From positions 1,049,239 to 1,113,238 of the forward strand of contig NW_005434669.1 in the NCBI RefSeq assembly GCF_000315625.1: 64,000 nucleotides of DNA, written 5' to 3'. Below, in pieces: positions 12,687 to 24,785 of this stretch. Under the pieces are notes generated by a model. The model saw only the letters and a program-made list of their open reading frames with translations. It had not been told where the DNA came from and ran no database searches. A program made the translations under genes and the position numbers. Position 1 is the first letter of the stretch; every line of letters begins with the position of its first letter. The stretch is from Guillardia theta CCMP2712 (Eukaryota > Protista > Cryptophyta).

Positions 12687-14201
12687 CTACCGGGCCGAGG
12701 GCAACCTTAGCTGCGGGCCAGATCGAAAATCATTACTTGTGACCTTCATCAAAGGATCTTAAACGGAAAAGAGAGATCTGACTAAGGCAAGGAACTGATC
12801 ACTTCCATCTCCTTTCCTCTGCTCGTGATGCATCTCACCAGCTGCACCATGCCATAAACTACCGCCGAGAGGAAGCACAGTCCCGTGAAGGCCGCGATCG
12901 AGACCTGTTCTCATGTCAGGACCTCTCCCCATCCAATGCAGACCTCGCCGACCTGTGTGATAATCTGATACTTCACCCACTCTGTGATCGTCAAGGTCTT
13001 GCGAACCCACTGACATATCCCGACGTCATCCCTCTCCCTTCCATCTTCTCAAACTACCTTGCCATTCACGCAATACCGGTCGCGGTTACAAGCTTCACTT
13101 CCATCGCTACACCTGCGGACGGGATGCATGCTCGTCAGAGGTGACACGAGTCAAGAGGCAGTGCGAGACGACAACTCACGCTTGGCATTTGTTGTCCACG
13201 CAGGAGCCTCTCCAATCGATGGCGCTCGAACGGATGCTGAAGCTATTTCGATGTCATGTCAATGAGCGCTAGCAGGAGGTATTTGCAGCTATCACCCCAA
13301 TGAGCGGAATGATAGGAAGGTAGGCGTAGGGTTGGGGTTGTAGTTTTGCTGGTCAACAACGATGTATGCTGCGCAGTACCCCCCTTCGGTATGGTATTGA
13401 CCTGCCACAGGCTAGTACAAGTCGTGGTTATGACATCTGACCCAACTGACTCTCGATTTACCGGAAAGCACAGCGATGCCGTCTGATAGGATCCATTCGT
13501 CATGAGGTTCAAACCTAAAGGGCAGCTCCCTCCGCTTCCAAACATTCGTCAGTATACCTCGTCAACCAGCCGCTCCGAGAAGCTTACTTGACAACCTTGC
13601 AGGAGTAATCTGTCTCGCTCTCGAAGCGGACAGCCTTGCGCTCAGAACTTGCTGTTGTCCTTCTGATGCAGAAGTCCTTCGGACGTATACACCTGACTCC
13701 TGCAAGTCAGAGTTATGTCACCACCAACTCAATGCGACAAGTCATGATGCGCTACCCTACGACTCGGCTGAAGACGTCAGAGGTCAGGTCGTATTCCCTG
13801 CTGCATAGTGAGGTCGGTATCTCGCGCTTTTTGCAGATGCTTCGGACGGGCAGGTCCTTGAATGCCTCATAGTCCCTCAAGACTCCGTCTCTGTTCTCCC
13901 TGGAGTATGGAGAAGCGTACTCGCTGCCGTAGCTTGAGAGGGTAAAGTCGTGTGCGCAGTACTGGTCCAGATCGCAGTCGCAGTCGCTTTGGCATTGCAC
14001 ACATACCCCAAGGTTCACGTAAGGCAGGGCCTTTCTGTCCGGGAGGTATCTGTCTGTCCAGAATGTCATGCAGATGGGGGAGTTGGGGTCGGTGCAGTCA
14101 GCCTGATAAGAGCAATGCTTGTAGACAACGTCGGAGGCGTAAGACGGGGCCGCCTCGAGCAAGAGGAGGACAAGGAGGGGAGGGAGGGCGGAGGGGACCA
14201 T
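12687..14201 (-). CDS. Uncharacterised Cys-rich, probably single-pass membrane protein with signal peptide
   Basis: MVPSALPPLLVLLLLEAAPSYA leader; CVQCQSDCDCDLDQYC; several Cys-rich exons; late hydrophobic exon VSIAAFTGLCFLSAVVYGMVQLV. 3' end approximate. Confidence 0.65.
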
Positions 14202-14473
14202 TCCGGGCCGTGCTTAGCGCTGTTGGGGGCCTTATCCAGCTCTAACGCTCGGCCTATGCCGTACACGCGTTGAGCGGTACCGTACGTTTGTACCAGATCC
14301 AGCACATGTAGGCCCGTGCAGTATACTGTTTGTACCCTATCCAGCACTATACTGGCAGGGACCCTGTACCAGATCCAGCACCCTTTACTCAAAGTTAAGT
14401 TAAAAAGCGGCCCCGGTAAGTTATTATTATTATTACACAAATAATAAATTCCCAGCTAACTTACCGCCGGGCA

Positions 14474-15139
14474 GTTGAGCCATGGCTCAGGGCAGTTGCC
14501 AAGTTGACTCTGAGCCATGGCGGGCCGCCCGAGACCGGCGGCGGCCCACTTGACCGTACCGTACGGCGACTCTGCCGGAGGCTCTGCAGCTTTGAAAGTT
14601 TCTTGTTGTCGCGTACAGTACTCCATCACAGAGTCATGCTTGCTAGCGCGAGGGCCCGGTCAGCACTCGCGGCACAACACTCAGTGACTGTGACACTGTG
14701 ACTGACTCGCCTCTGGCCAGTGACAGCACTGCACTGTGACAACAGCACAGACCGGGACAGAGGAGAGGCCAAGAGTCAGTAGTACGGCGGTCACCGGGTA
14801 CTGGCACCGTCGTGTACAGGACCTTCGGAACTTTGGCCCGGAACGCCCATGGCATCATGTAGCCTAGTAGACAGTCACGGGGGACCCGGTTCAACGGTTG
14901 CGGCGCCCGGTACGGTCCGATCACACGTCGTCCGATCGCCATGACCCACAAAGGGAGCATGAACGCCCGATCCAAGGCTCCTGGACTCCCGGAACCTCTA
15001 TGCACTGAGAGTACGGTACTGTACCGGGGCCGCCTTGCCCGGGGCCCGAGAACCGGCCGGGCCGGGGCCGGGCCCCGGGTACACCTGTCAACTCCGGGCC
15101 CCAGTAGTGAACTCCCTCTCTCACAGTAAAGGAGGTTGT
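14474..15139 (-). pseudogene. Degenerate duplicate of the 5' end and upstream region of the GT41 gene (source ~11971-12433)
   Basis: Colinear shared blocks: gttgagccatggctcagg, ctctgcagcttt, tcgcgtac, tgctagcgcgaggg, ggacagaggagaggcc, ggaacgcccat, a 40-bp identity (12247-12286 = 14936-14975), caactccgggccccagtagtgaactccc, aggaggttgt; interrupted by many indels. Confidence 0.88.
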
Positions 15140-15687
15140 CCTTTCGCTGAAGAGATATCAGGTGCGGGTGGGACTTGATTGGTTCTTTGGGTTGTACCCT
15201 TGGGGTTATTGATACATCGCTTAGCTCTATAAGTAAAATTCCATACCACCTTACCTCACCCTTCAAGCTAAAGGGGTCGCAGGCGGCCGATATGAGATCG
15301 AGCTTTACAGGCCTCTGGTCAGCCGCCCAAAAGTGGTCGGTAGAGCAGGCTACATGGCTATCCATGCTGCAATATTTCATAATTGTCACTATAGGAGATT
15401 ATGAAGTAGGTCGGAAATACTCCTCTACTGGACTCAAATGGTTGCAGCGGCCGTTTTGATCTTCATTTCTCGAAACGCACCCTTTTAGGTTCGAGCGAGA
15501 TTTCATCGGACTCCGAAACGATGCATAATCCAAAGTTCTAGAAATAGCAAGATGTCAGCAGCATTAATGCACTCTCGTCGAGACCCTCATAGCTCCCTAT
15601 TTCTCTAAGTAAAATCATATTGAATTCAGGGATAGCTCACCACAAGATGGCTCACTTGTTTACTACCGGAGCATGCTCTCATATTGC

Positions 15688-15735
15688 TGACGAGGGGGAC
15701 GTCATCACAGCCCCGATCCTCTGTTTGCTATAAAA
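15688..15735 (+). promoter_or_regulatory. Candidate promoter: TGACG / GACGTCA boxes and TATAAAA upstream of the PAS gene
   Basis: TATAAAA at 15729-15735, GACGTCA at 15698-15704, followed by a pyrimidine-rich leader to ATG 15890. Confidence 0.45.
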
Positions 15736-15889
15736 GGGCGACTAGAGCCCTTGTATTCCAACAACCTCATCCGCACGTCTGATACCTTCGCTCTCCTCAT
15801 CGAAACCTTCCTTTCACTTCTGACTTTGCACCCCATCTCCTGCCTGTCTCCCCACTCTCCTTCTCTCCTCTCTCCTACAACACCATTCA

Positions 15890-17176
15890 ATGTCTGCAGT
15901 TCTTCATTCCAACGAGTGGCAAATGCCTATTTTGCCAACGAAACAAAGCGCTCCTGTCATGAAGGCAGTCAGCAAAGCCCAGAGTATTGAGGTCATGACA
16001 GAAGCACGAAACTTTTTGGCAAACAACAAGTCTTCACTTGTGATTGATGGAGCAAAGCCATACAAGATCATGGCTGCTTCAGACTTATGGCTCCAGATGT
16101 TTGGGTTTTCTGATGAGTCCTACATTTTGAGGCGTTCCCTCAATCTGTTGCAAGGGCCCAACACCAACTCTGTGATGTTGAATGCCTTTCTTTCATCCTG
16201 CAACCTCAAGACTGAGCAGAACGGGCATTTCAAGCTCTACCTCAGCAATGGGCAGGCCGTAATGATCCACGTCTCTGCAAGAAGGTACCTGATCGAGGAG
16301 GTGGAAGTCGTCGTCCTCGAGTTTGAATACTCCAACGCCATCCTACCTCACGAGGCTGAACTGGAGCGTGGCGGACTTCCCATGGCGCTCGTGGAAGTCG
16401 CTGCGCCTTTCCGTATCATCCAGACCAACCAAGAGTTCCTCGAGCTCTCTGGATACAACAAGATGCAGGTTTCCGGCCGCGCCTTGTGCATGTTACAGGG
16501 ACCTGGAAGCAACAGTCAAGAGCTTGCCAGGATGTTCAAGGAGACGGCCAAGGGCACTGAGCAAGAGGGAAAGACCAATGTGTACAACTGCAGTGGATCT
16601 CAGATCTCCTGCAACATCCGGCTCTCACCGGTTGCGGCGGCTGACGGGAAAATCTCTCATGTGCTCCTTCAGCTTGTCCAGGAGGTGATCGAGGCTCTCC
16701 CTCAGGTGCTGTCCGAGGATCACATCTCGCAGCGCCTGCAGCACAACAAGGCCATGGGCTTCGAGCTCATGCAGGAGGCTAGACGGGGCGGAGCCCAGCG
16801 GCTCAACGCGTGCAAATGTCACGTCGCTGTGGTCTGTGATCGGATGAGGGGGAATCGCTGTCCTGCAAGGGCCTTGTACAACATCCAGACTGGCAAGCAG
16901 ATCCAGGAGAGCATCGCCAGGAGGCGCTCCATCTCTTGCGAGGAACAGTGCGACGTTTCCACTGCTGCTGCTCAAGCTCCTGTTGAGCAAGAAATGCAGT
17001 CTTCTTCGCCCGACAAGGCAACTTTCGTGATGTACTTGTGTATGCTCTTGTCCTTCTTGTTCTCGATGGTTTGTCAAGGCAAGAAGTGTAAGAGACAGAG
17101 AAGGAACAGCAGTGCCAAGGAAGGAAAGGTCCAAAGGCAATTCAACGCCTGGATTTATCTTGATGAACAAATGTAG
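15890..17176 (+). CDS. Intronless tandem PAS (LOV-like) protein with a C-terminal hydrophobic segment
   Basis: 428-aa ORF; two PAS repeats (IMAASDLWLQMFGF..RSLNLLQGPNT; IIQTNQEFLELSGY..GRALCMLQGPGS..IRLSPV..DGKISH); ATFVMYLCMLLSFLFSMVC followed by a basic tail. Confidence 0.82.
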   Translation: MSAVLHSNEWQMPILPTKQSAPVMKAVSKAQSIEVMTEARNFLANNKSSLVIDGAKPYKIMAASDLWLQMFGFSDESYILRRSLNLLQGPNTNSVMLNAFLSSCNLKTEQNGHFKLYLSNGQAVMIHVSARRYLIEEVEVVVLEFEYSNAILPHEAELERGGLPMALVEVAAPFRIIQTNQEFLELSGYNKMQVSGRALCMLQGPGSNSQELARMFKETAKGTEQEGKTNVYNCSGSQISCNIRLSPVAAADGKISHVLLQLVQEVIEALPQVLSEDHISQRLQHNKAMGFELMQEARRGGAQRLNACKCHVAVVCDRMRGNRCPARALYNIQTGKQIQESIARRRSISCEEQCDVSTAAAQAPVEQEMQSSSPDKATFVMYLCMLLSFLFSMVCQGKKCKRQRRNSSAKEGKVQRQFNAWIYLDEQM

Positions 17177-18331
17177 GTTCTATATTCAATAAATGTTGAT
17201 TTCATACAATCCTATTCCCAATCGACGGTCTTATGAGCAATTCATTATGCTTTCAACGAGATGCATTTGATTTGTTTCTATCTGTATCGTGGGCATTTGA
17301 AATTCATTGGTCATATTTCACTGTTGCTGCTTAACGTTGCCTAGAAAATCACTCGATGGTGTTGTTCATGCGCAGAATTTACTCCTGTGGCCTACTTCAT
17401 GTTCCTTCCTAGTGCTTCAGCCCTTTCCTCTCCATCCCAAGAATGCTTTGCAACCTGTCTATTTTCGCACAGGAAGTCTTTCACTCGTCATATCCTGACC
17501 ACTCTCCCTGTCTTTCTCTCCTCTCCTGCTCTGTTGTCAGGTCACACTACGATGTGCACATCTCTTGTCTTTTGCATAGTTTCTTCTGCAAGGGGAATGA
17601 TAGATCTCTTTTCTCACTTACTCCTTCAACAATGACAACAACTGTCCTTCATGGCTCTTGCAGTCGTCCCTATCTTTCGCTTGAATTTCATCATCTTTCA
17701 GCCCCTCTGACTCTTCTCTATCCCCTACGAAGATTTTAGAGTCATTTTTGTTTATCCCTTCCTTGCTGCAGCATGTTCTTTTGGTTCTGCATCACGTTTC
17801 CTACCTGCCGCAACCGTCGTAATAGTCGTTTCAATCTTTGATCCCCGTCTCCTGTCTTGCTATTTTCTGCCTCTTTCAATCATTTGTCTTCTCTTGTCCG
17901 CCTCAATTTTCTGCAGACTCTCGCTCCCTTCACCTTCTTTCATCCCTCCTCCCTCCTATTTCCCTGGTCTGTGTAAACAGCACAGTACGTCCACAACCTC
18001 ATTCCCTTCCTTCCCCGCCCCTGCCCCCCTTCCCGTCTCTCCCAGCTTTCAGTCTGCCATCCTCTTCGGCCTTTCGCTCTCCTCCTCTCCTTCCGCTCGC
18101 TTCCGCCTCCATCTTTGCTCAACCGACCGCTGGCCCTAACACACGCCCACCCCTCATCTTCCTGTACCCCCTTGTTTTACCACCCCACCCTCAGAACACG
18201 GTAGTGCTCCTCCCTGCAAATCTCAATACCACCCTACCCATGGTCTATGCGACCCACCCCTTGCGCAGTAGTCTAATAGTTTTCAGTTGAGAATTCCCTA
18301 TGGCGACAGAGGGAGCGGGGTGAGAGAGACG

Positions 18332-21236
18332 ATGCTGGGAGAGGAGGAGCGAGAGGAGCTCCCAGGCTTCACCAGCAGGTGATACTTGTCCTTTTCTTTC
18401 ATCCTCCTTCTTCCCCGGCACGCTATTGCTGAGATGTTCAACAGGAGGTCTCCCTGGAACGGAAATGTCGACTTCGCAGGGCTGGAGGTGGAGGAGGATG
18501 AGGATGTGGATGATGAGGAGGTACTGTTTACAACAGCCAGGGAGGAAGGTGAACAACTCAAGCACTCATGTGCCACCATGACCTCCTTGCAGACGTTGGT
18601 GGCATGGGGCAGAAGCAACTGGAAACAATCTCAAAGACCTTGGAGGACGAGAAGCGCAGGCTGGCACAGATGGAGCTGCAGATGCAACAAGAAAGAGCGC
18701 GCAAGGAGGGGAAGCAGCAGGAACTTGCGATTGCTACTCAAACGAAGGAACTGGAAGGGATGATGAAAGCTCTCATGACATCGGCGAGGGATGATGTGGA
18801 GAAACGTCAACGATGGGAGGACGAGTGGAGAAGAAAGTTTGACGAGTTTCGGCGGCAACACCATGAGATGGAGAGCGCGTTGAAGCACAAGCACTTCGAG
18901 GAGCTGAAGAAACTCAAAGAGTCCATGTCGGAAGAGATCAGGAAGATGGCAGATGGAGTAGGCAAGAAAAAAGGAACCCACAACGCTCCTTCTGATGCTG
19001 AGCTCAAGAAGATCCAGAAAGAGAACGTAGGTAAAATCCTGTTGCTCTTCCAAAAGCAGGGAAAAGAGAGGCTCTACTTGTCCTCCAAACTTGCAAAGCA
19101 GGTGATGGCTTGCTGTTGAGTTTCTTTTGATACTGATATGATCTGCAACAGGAGGAGCTGTTGATAATGTCCAAGAATGAAAGCTTGCAAAAGCATCTCA
19201 ACAAGGTCCAGTCCAAGACAGATCGCATCTGTAGACAGATGTTGCCATCTATTGACTCTCGGAGCCTTGCTGCGACTGTGAGCGATTACAGGAAGAGCTC
19301 CCACGAAAGTTTTTCGAAGCAAAGGGCAGGAATGGTGTCTATGGCCCAGACGGGAAAGAAGTGGTCGAGATCGAACAGGTCCGCGCTCTCACACTCGGGG
19401 CGGTCAAACAGTCTTGTAGAGTCCAAGACATATCCAAGATTTCACATGCGGGAACAGGATTCGCTGCCCTCCCCTCGAATAGACAGCGAGAACGTGACGT
19501 TCTTGACTGAGATCGGGTCAGATTTTGACCAGAATCTTGAACGAACTCTCAATCACTTCTCTGCGAGCCGCTCGCAACTCATTCCAAGAAGGAGCTCAAA
19601 GGAGATCGAAAGCTCCGTCAAGGTTGATCTCCCGAAGATCTCGCAAGCGCCCAAGGTCCAAGATCAGAATGTAGTGAAGGAGCAGCAACACCCGAAGCAA
19701 CCAGACGACTCCGGCGTGGTAACCTCTGCTGACCATGAGTTCAAAGGTTGGGCACCTGCCACAATCACACTACAAGAGAACATGAAACCTAGGTGGGATG
19801 ATGCTGTCAACACAAGCTCTGCTCTCAGCAACCTGCTGTCCAAGGGTCAGTGGCACCCCAGCATCATCGCATTTCAATCAGAACAAAATCCAAAACGTAA
19901 AGTCTCTCCCTACATGTCGTTGTCGACCAAGTCAAAGGTCAGGAGCGTCGAGGGTGTGACTGGTAGGAAGGGGCTGGGACAGAGACCTCAACACAAGCGA
20001 GACAAGGAGAGGGCAGCAAGCACCCAGCCCGTGGTTGGCTTCCAACAAGCAAATGAAGCTGAGGGATTCAAACAAGGACACTCCACACAACCCCTTGACC
20101 GAAATTTTAGCCGCCCGAGGTCAGATCTGGGATTGTATGCGGAGAAGGGAGGGAATTCCTACAAGTCAGCCAAGCTGGAGACCTGGATAGAAGAGAAGAT
20201 CAGGAATGTGCTTGGAGAGAACGGGACGAAAGAAAGCATCTTCAAGCGATTGAATGCTCGCAATGAGGGCGCGGATGAATCCAACTCTAAGACAGAGATG
20301 CTGGAACCAAGACACACGCACACCGAAGAGACTCTCGAGGTCCAAGAGAGAACAGAAGCAATGCCAAGGCCGGAAGTTGAGAGCGTTGAAGAAGCCGAGG
20401 AGAACGTCTCCAACCTACTGAACAGGCTCAAGAGCTCTATGTCGAAGGCGCCTAAGCTTGAGCAGCAGCTGGAAGCCGTAGGGATACACCTGGAAGAAGA
20501 GGATGATCGTCAATCGCAAGAGAACAGACCTTTCACGCAGGCCAGAGACATCGAGCAGAACATCCGTGGAACTGAGATATCCAATACAGGGCGTGTGGAC
20601 AGACAGGGAAATTATCAAGAGCTCGAGGCTTCCGCTGACGTTAATGACCGGAGAAACCAATTCAGCTCGCTGACGGACTCCTCCCGTGCTCGCTCAAGGT
20701 CGGACAAGAGAGTCGGGTGGGACCTTGACGATCGAGATTACGTGCCGAGCCGCGTGCCTTCTGCGGAGTCTTATGCCGGAAGCGAAGCTGCGAGCTTTCC
20801 TAACTCAAGTCGGTCAGAGATGGATGAAAGAGACGCTGCAGCTGTCAGGCCCAACGAGAACGAGAGGAATACCAGTGTACACATAGAGAATCAGAATGTT
20901 TCTGACGATCAGCTGAAAGACTTCTTCTCAAAGATCAGGCACAACAAGGTTGCTGAGGTCGAAGACTTGGTGCAGAGTGGTTTCCCGTTGGACAGGCGAG
21001 ACGCTCATGGCAACACGCCACTGATGGTTGCTTCTCAGAATGGACATAAGAGACTTGTGAAAATGATTCTCAGAAACGGAGCTGATCCTAATGCTACAAA
21101 CCACCAAGGGAACACTGCGCTGCACTTTGCCACAGCATACGGGTACAACACACTTTCAAAGTATCTCATGTCCAAAGGCGCTGACGATACATTGATCAAC
21201 ATGAAAGGGCTGACTTGCTACGATGGGCTGGGCTGA
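18332..21236 (+). CDS. Coiled-coil / disordered protein with C-terminal ankyrin repeats
   Basis: Coiled-coil exon 18589-19100; long terminal exon ending DAHGNTPLMVASQNGH..GADPNATNHQGNTALHFA..GADDTL. Start inferred. Confidence 0.82.
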
Positions 21237-21327
21237 TATTGAAAACAAGTTGTAAACTAAACGAACTCAACAAGATAGTAGATTATAGTGATCAAAATCG
21301 AAGCCTTATTTGCTAGCTCTATGTGTT

Positions 21328-23234
21328 TCAATGCGCAACACCCATCGCCGGCATACGGTCGTAGCTCTGATAGTTCACCGTTCTCATAGTACCCATATTC
21401 TCCAACTCCGAGGTTGGCGACTTGGCTGTCACGGTCTTCCGAACTCCCGTGGGGAGGATTGTCCGCTGCAAGCAGATTCAGCTCAGGTCACAGATGGGTA
21501 GCGGGTACCATGACTTGAGTGATCTTGGGGGGGAGATAGGGAAAGTCTCCATCTAGGATAGACAGCAGCACCTGGTCATCGTTGTTAATCGCAATCAGGT
21601 GGGTGCGTAGTGACTTGATACCGGAGTATTAGGAGGCCCTGTGAGAAACGAAATGACTTGATTCAACTGCAAACATACTTGTCAACAATTTCACGATGGA
21701 TCAACCTGGCTTGATCAAACCGGCATGCCCTGCACGACGACAAGCTTGCTCTGAGGGCTCTGAGGGTTGGAGTTCACCGCATACAGGATGTCTCCCTTCA
21801 AGATGCGACCACCTACAGGTGCTCAGGCTCTCGGAGATTTGACAACAGCAACATGTACATGTTTGAGCAGGAGATCCTTGGCGAATGCTTGTGATTCTGT
21901 GCATGCCAAAGGTCGATTTCTCATCATCTTGATCGGGTTCGAAGGTGATGCCAATACCTGGACGTCTCCAACCTCATTCAAGTCAATCATGGCAACCCTG
22001 ACCTGCCGTGTTGTACATGGAAGTCGGCGAGGGTGAACGCGGAGGTGACATCGGATGGTACGGAGATGTCGGTCGGTGCCCAGGAGACATCGGACGCCAG
22101 CCCGGCGACCCTGGACGTCCTCTGGGCGACAGAGGACGCCTTCCCGGGGACATCGGACGACCGCCTGGAGACATGGGCCGCCCTCTTGGGGACATGGGCC
22201 GCCGCCCTGGGGACATAGGACGACCACCCGGGGATACTGGACGTCGGCCTGGTGACAGTCCTCTTGCAGGATGCGGATTCTGCATACCTGGCATGCCCTG
22301 TGGATACTGCTGCTGCATGCCCTGCTGCTGCATGCCCTGCTGCTGCATGCCTTGCTGCTGCATGCCCTGCTGCTGCATGCCTGGCATGCCCTGTGGATAC
22401 TGCTGCTGCATGCCCTGCTGCTGCATGCCCTGCTGCTGCATGCCTGGCATGCCCTGTGGATACTGCTGCTGCATGCCTTGCTGCTGCATGCCCTGCTGCT
22501 GCATACCTGGCATGCCCTGTGGATACTGCTGCTGCATGCCTTGCTGCTGCATGCCTTGTTGCTGCATACCTGGCATGCCCTGTGGATACTGCTGCTGCAT
22601 GCCCTGCTGCTGCATGCCCTGTGGTCTAGGTTGCTGCTGCATGCCTCTCATGCTCTGTTGACCTCTAGGAGACATTGGTTGTCTCCCAGGAGACAAGGCG
22701 CGCCTACCAGGGGACAGGGCGCGCCTTCCAGGGGACACAGACCTTCGACCAGAGGCTGGTCTTCTGGGTTGTTGTTTAGAAAACGACTTGAATATTGGCA
22801 TCCTGTTGTATCATACGTCAGATTCATGGTACAGTTTCGTGAAAATAAGTAGTAATCATTGCTACCTAAAGGTTGCTATCTAAGACCTCAGTACTTTCTA
22901 TCCAACCTGAAGTGTGTTCACTTGTCTGAGACCATGTATCCTGCACTGTAACGATCTTGTTGGCCTTTCAACAAATCGGTCGAAATAAAATTGATGCACA
23001 ATGACGCAATCATCACAATGGTGCCAAGGCATATGAGGCAACGGAACAAACTATTTGAATGCTGACAAACTAAATCGACAGGAGCGGTCAGCACGGGCCA
23101 GTGCTGACTTGCGAAGAAACTTAACGCAATGAGCATGTAACAACAGCTCCTTGCATCCCGTAGTGCCTCTACCCTAGGAGTTCAACACTCCCCAACACAG
23201 CATAGTAGGACTCCGGCAGTCTTGGTTGCTGCAT
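21328..23234 (-). CDS. Uncharacterised protein with SP-Arg heptad repeats flanking a Gln/Gly/Met repeat block
   Basis: Large exon 21983-22801 (xSPGRRP heptads; QQQGMQQQYPQGMPGM repeats); spliceable flanking exons from MQQPRLPESYYAVLG to ...YDRMPAMGVAH*. Ends inferred. Confidence 0.6.
22285..22640. repeat. Coding minisatellite (~63-nt unit built from 15-nt CATGCCCTGCTGCTG subunits)
   Basis: Five to six near-perfect higher-order units. Confidence 0.92.
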
Positions 23235-23329
23235 GGGCCTCTGCGTCGCCGTCTCATCCTTTCCCCACCCACCCCTCCTGTTACCAGAGTGGGGAGGCCC
23301 ACTGGGCCCTGGGGGTGAGCAAATTATCG

Positions 23330-23510
23330 GACCGTCGTACGAGTCGGGCCGGACCGCCGGGCCGCCCGGGCCGCCCGTGTCAGTGACGGCGTCGCCGGGA
23401 CCGTCCGGCCCGGGCCGGGCCGGCCCGCCGGGCGCCGGGTACGGCGGCAGTGACCGTACTCCGTGATGACGGGCTCGGCGATCCGGCGGCCCGCCCGGGC
23501 TAATCACTGT
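23330..23510. repeat. GC-rich palindrome-dense intergenic block
   Basis: ccgggccgcccgggccgccc, ccggcccgggccgggccggcccg, gtacggcggcagtgaccgtac. Confidence 0.7.
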
Positions 23511-24785
23511 AAGTTCCGAAAAAAGACGTCACTTTAGCGGCCCACACGGTAGATAAACATTGCTGTCATGACGGTCCGGTCACGAGTCAACTGTAGTACT
23601 AATTGCATGCTGACTTTGAAGGTGACACAAGGCCTTAAAAACCTCCTGAAAAGTCAATTTTTCGTGTGCCCTGGTCTCTTCTTGGGCAAACATCGCCGCC
23701 TTCGCTGACGGCAGTACTGCGGTACGGAGTTACTGTGCCGGCCCCTAATACCCTCCCCTTTCAAAGGTACTCCATCCACCCCCTTGTAACTAGCGGCGGC
23801 CGTGACTCAGTCGGACAGTTCAGTTTAGAATCGCCCCCCTAAGTGGCGGCGGACCCCTACAAACTACCATCAAGCCTGGGCCTGCGGCGGCCGTTGGTCC
23901 GAAAATCAGATGGTGATGTCACGAAGTTCCGGAAGGTAAAGCCGGCCTGTTGCTGCCCATTCGGAACTACCACCGGTGCTTCGATTTCCACCCCCTTCTG
24001 ATACCCCCTCCCTTCCTACCTTTTCTTATAGCAGTGGACCCTTTGGGGGTGGGGCCAGGGAGGTAGGCTCTCGTCGGAGATGGGGTCCCTCGATGCTTCA
24101 CTGGGGTGGGTCACAAGACCTTGTGACTGACCGAGTAACCAATAGGAGCAAGGTGAAGGGTTAGGGTTGAAAGGACGTGGTTTCCGTGCAGAAGCGGGAA
24201 TAAGACGCGGGAGGGGAATACCAGGGGTCTAAGACCTGCACTGCAGCTCGGAGTAGGGGGTAGTGGACCAAGGGGGGAGGTTTTTGAGTTCATATCCGCC
24301 CCAGGTGAGCGTCGGAGGGTTAGCGAAAAGCTGTATTTTAGAAATGTACCCCACCCCAATGTTCGATGGGTCCATTCGACAGACCCCTATCTATACCACT
24401 CTTGCACTGAGAAATATAGGGGTACCAATTACTCCTACCTAAGTACCCCACCCCAACATAGCTGATGTCATCAAGCAAAGGTTCCGCCTTGATAAGACCT
24501 GTCGACACCTCCCATCCTCACTCGCAACTCGCCGTCCCTCAGTCAGCTCCTTCCTCACTTTCCTTGCCCCCTTCCTCTTGTTTTCCTCTTCTGTCAAGTC
24601 CGCTACTCATTGTCGCAGTCCCATCAACTCTTCCTTTCTGCTTTCTCCAAAAATCGCTACAAGCACATCCAGTCAAAAACATCTTGGTTCCAACAAAACC
24701 CACCTTCCAAAGCACACCCGAAGGTTTCTTGAACCTACGAATTGAAGAGCCAGCTTCAGACTTTATTGAATTCTCCAATCGAAAA

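Noticed and set aside
14474-15139. Interpretation of the duplicate as a MITE/transposon
   Set aside because: No terminal inverted repeats or target-site duplication seen, and homology extends colinearly into the TPR-coding exon of the GT41 gene.
22285-22640. Possible CRISPR-like array
   Set aside because: Units are contiguous with no unique spacers, there are no cas genes, and the context is eukaryotic coding sequence.
22008-22852. Cys-rich (MPCCC), Ala/Cys and His/Leu repeat ORFs on the + strand, metallothionein-like in appearance
   Set aside because: Antisense shadows of the Gln/Gly/Met minisatellite; the - strand frame connects to spliceable flanking exons.
24158-24170. Telomere-like gggttagggtt
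   Set aside because: Fewer than two full units; part of the G-run-rich upstream region.
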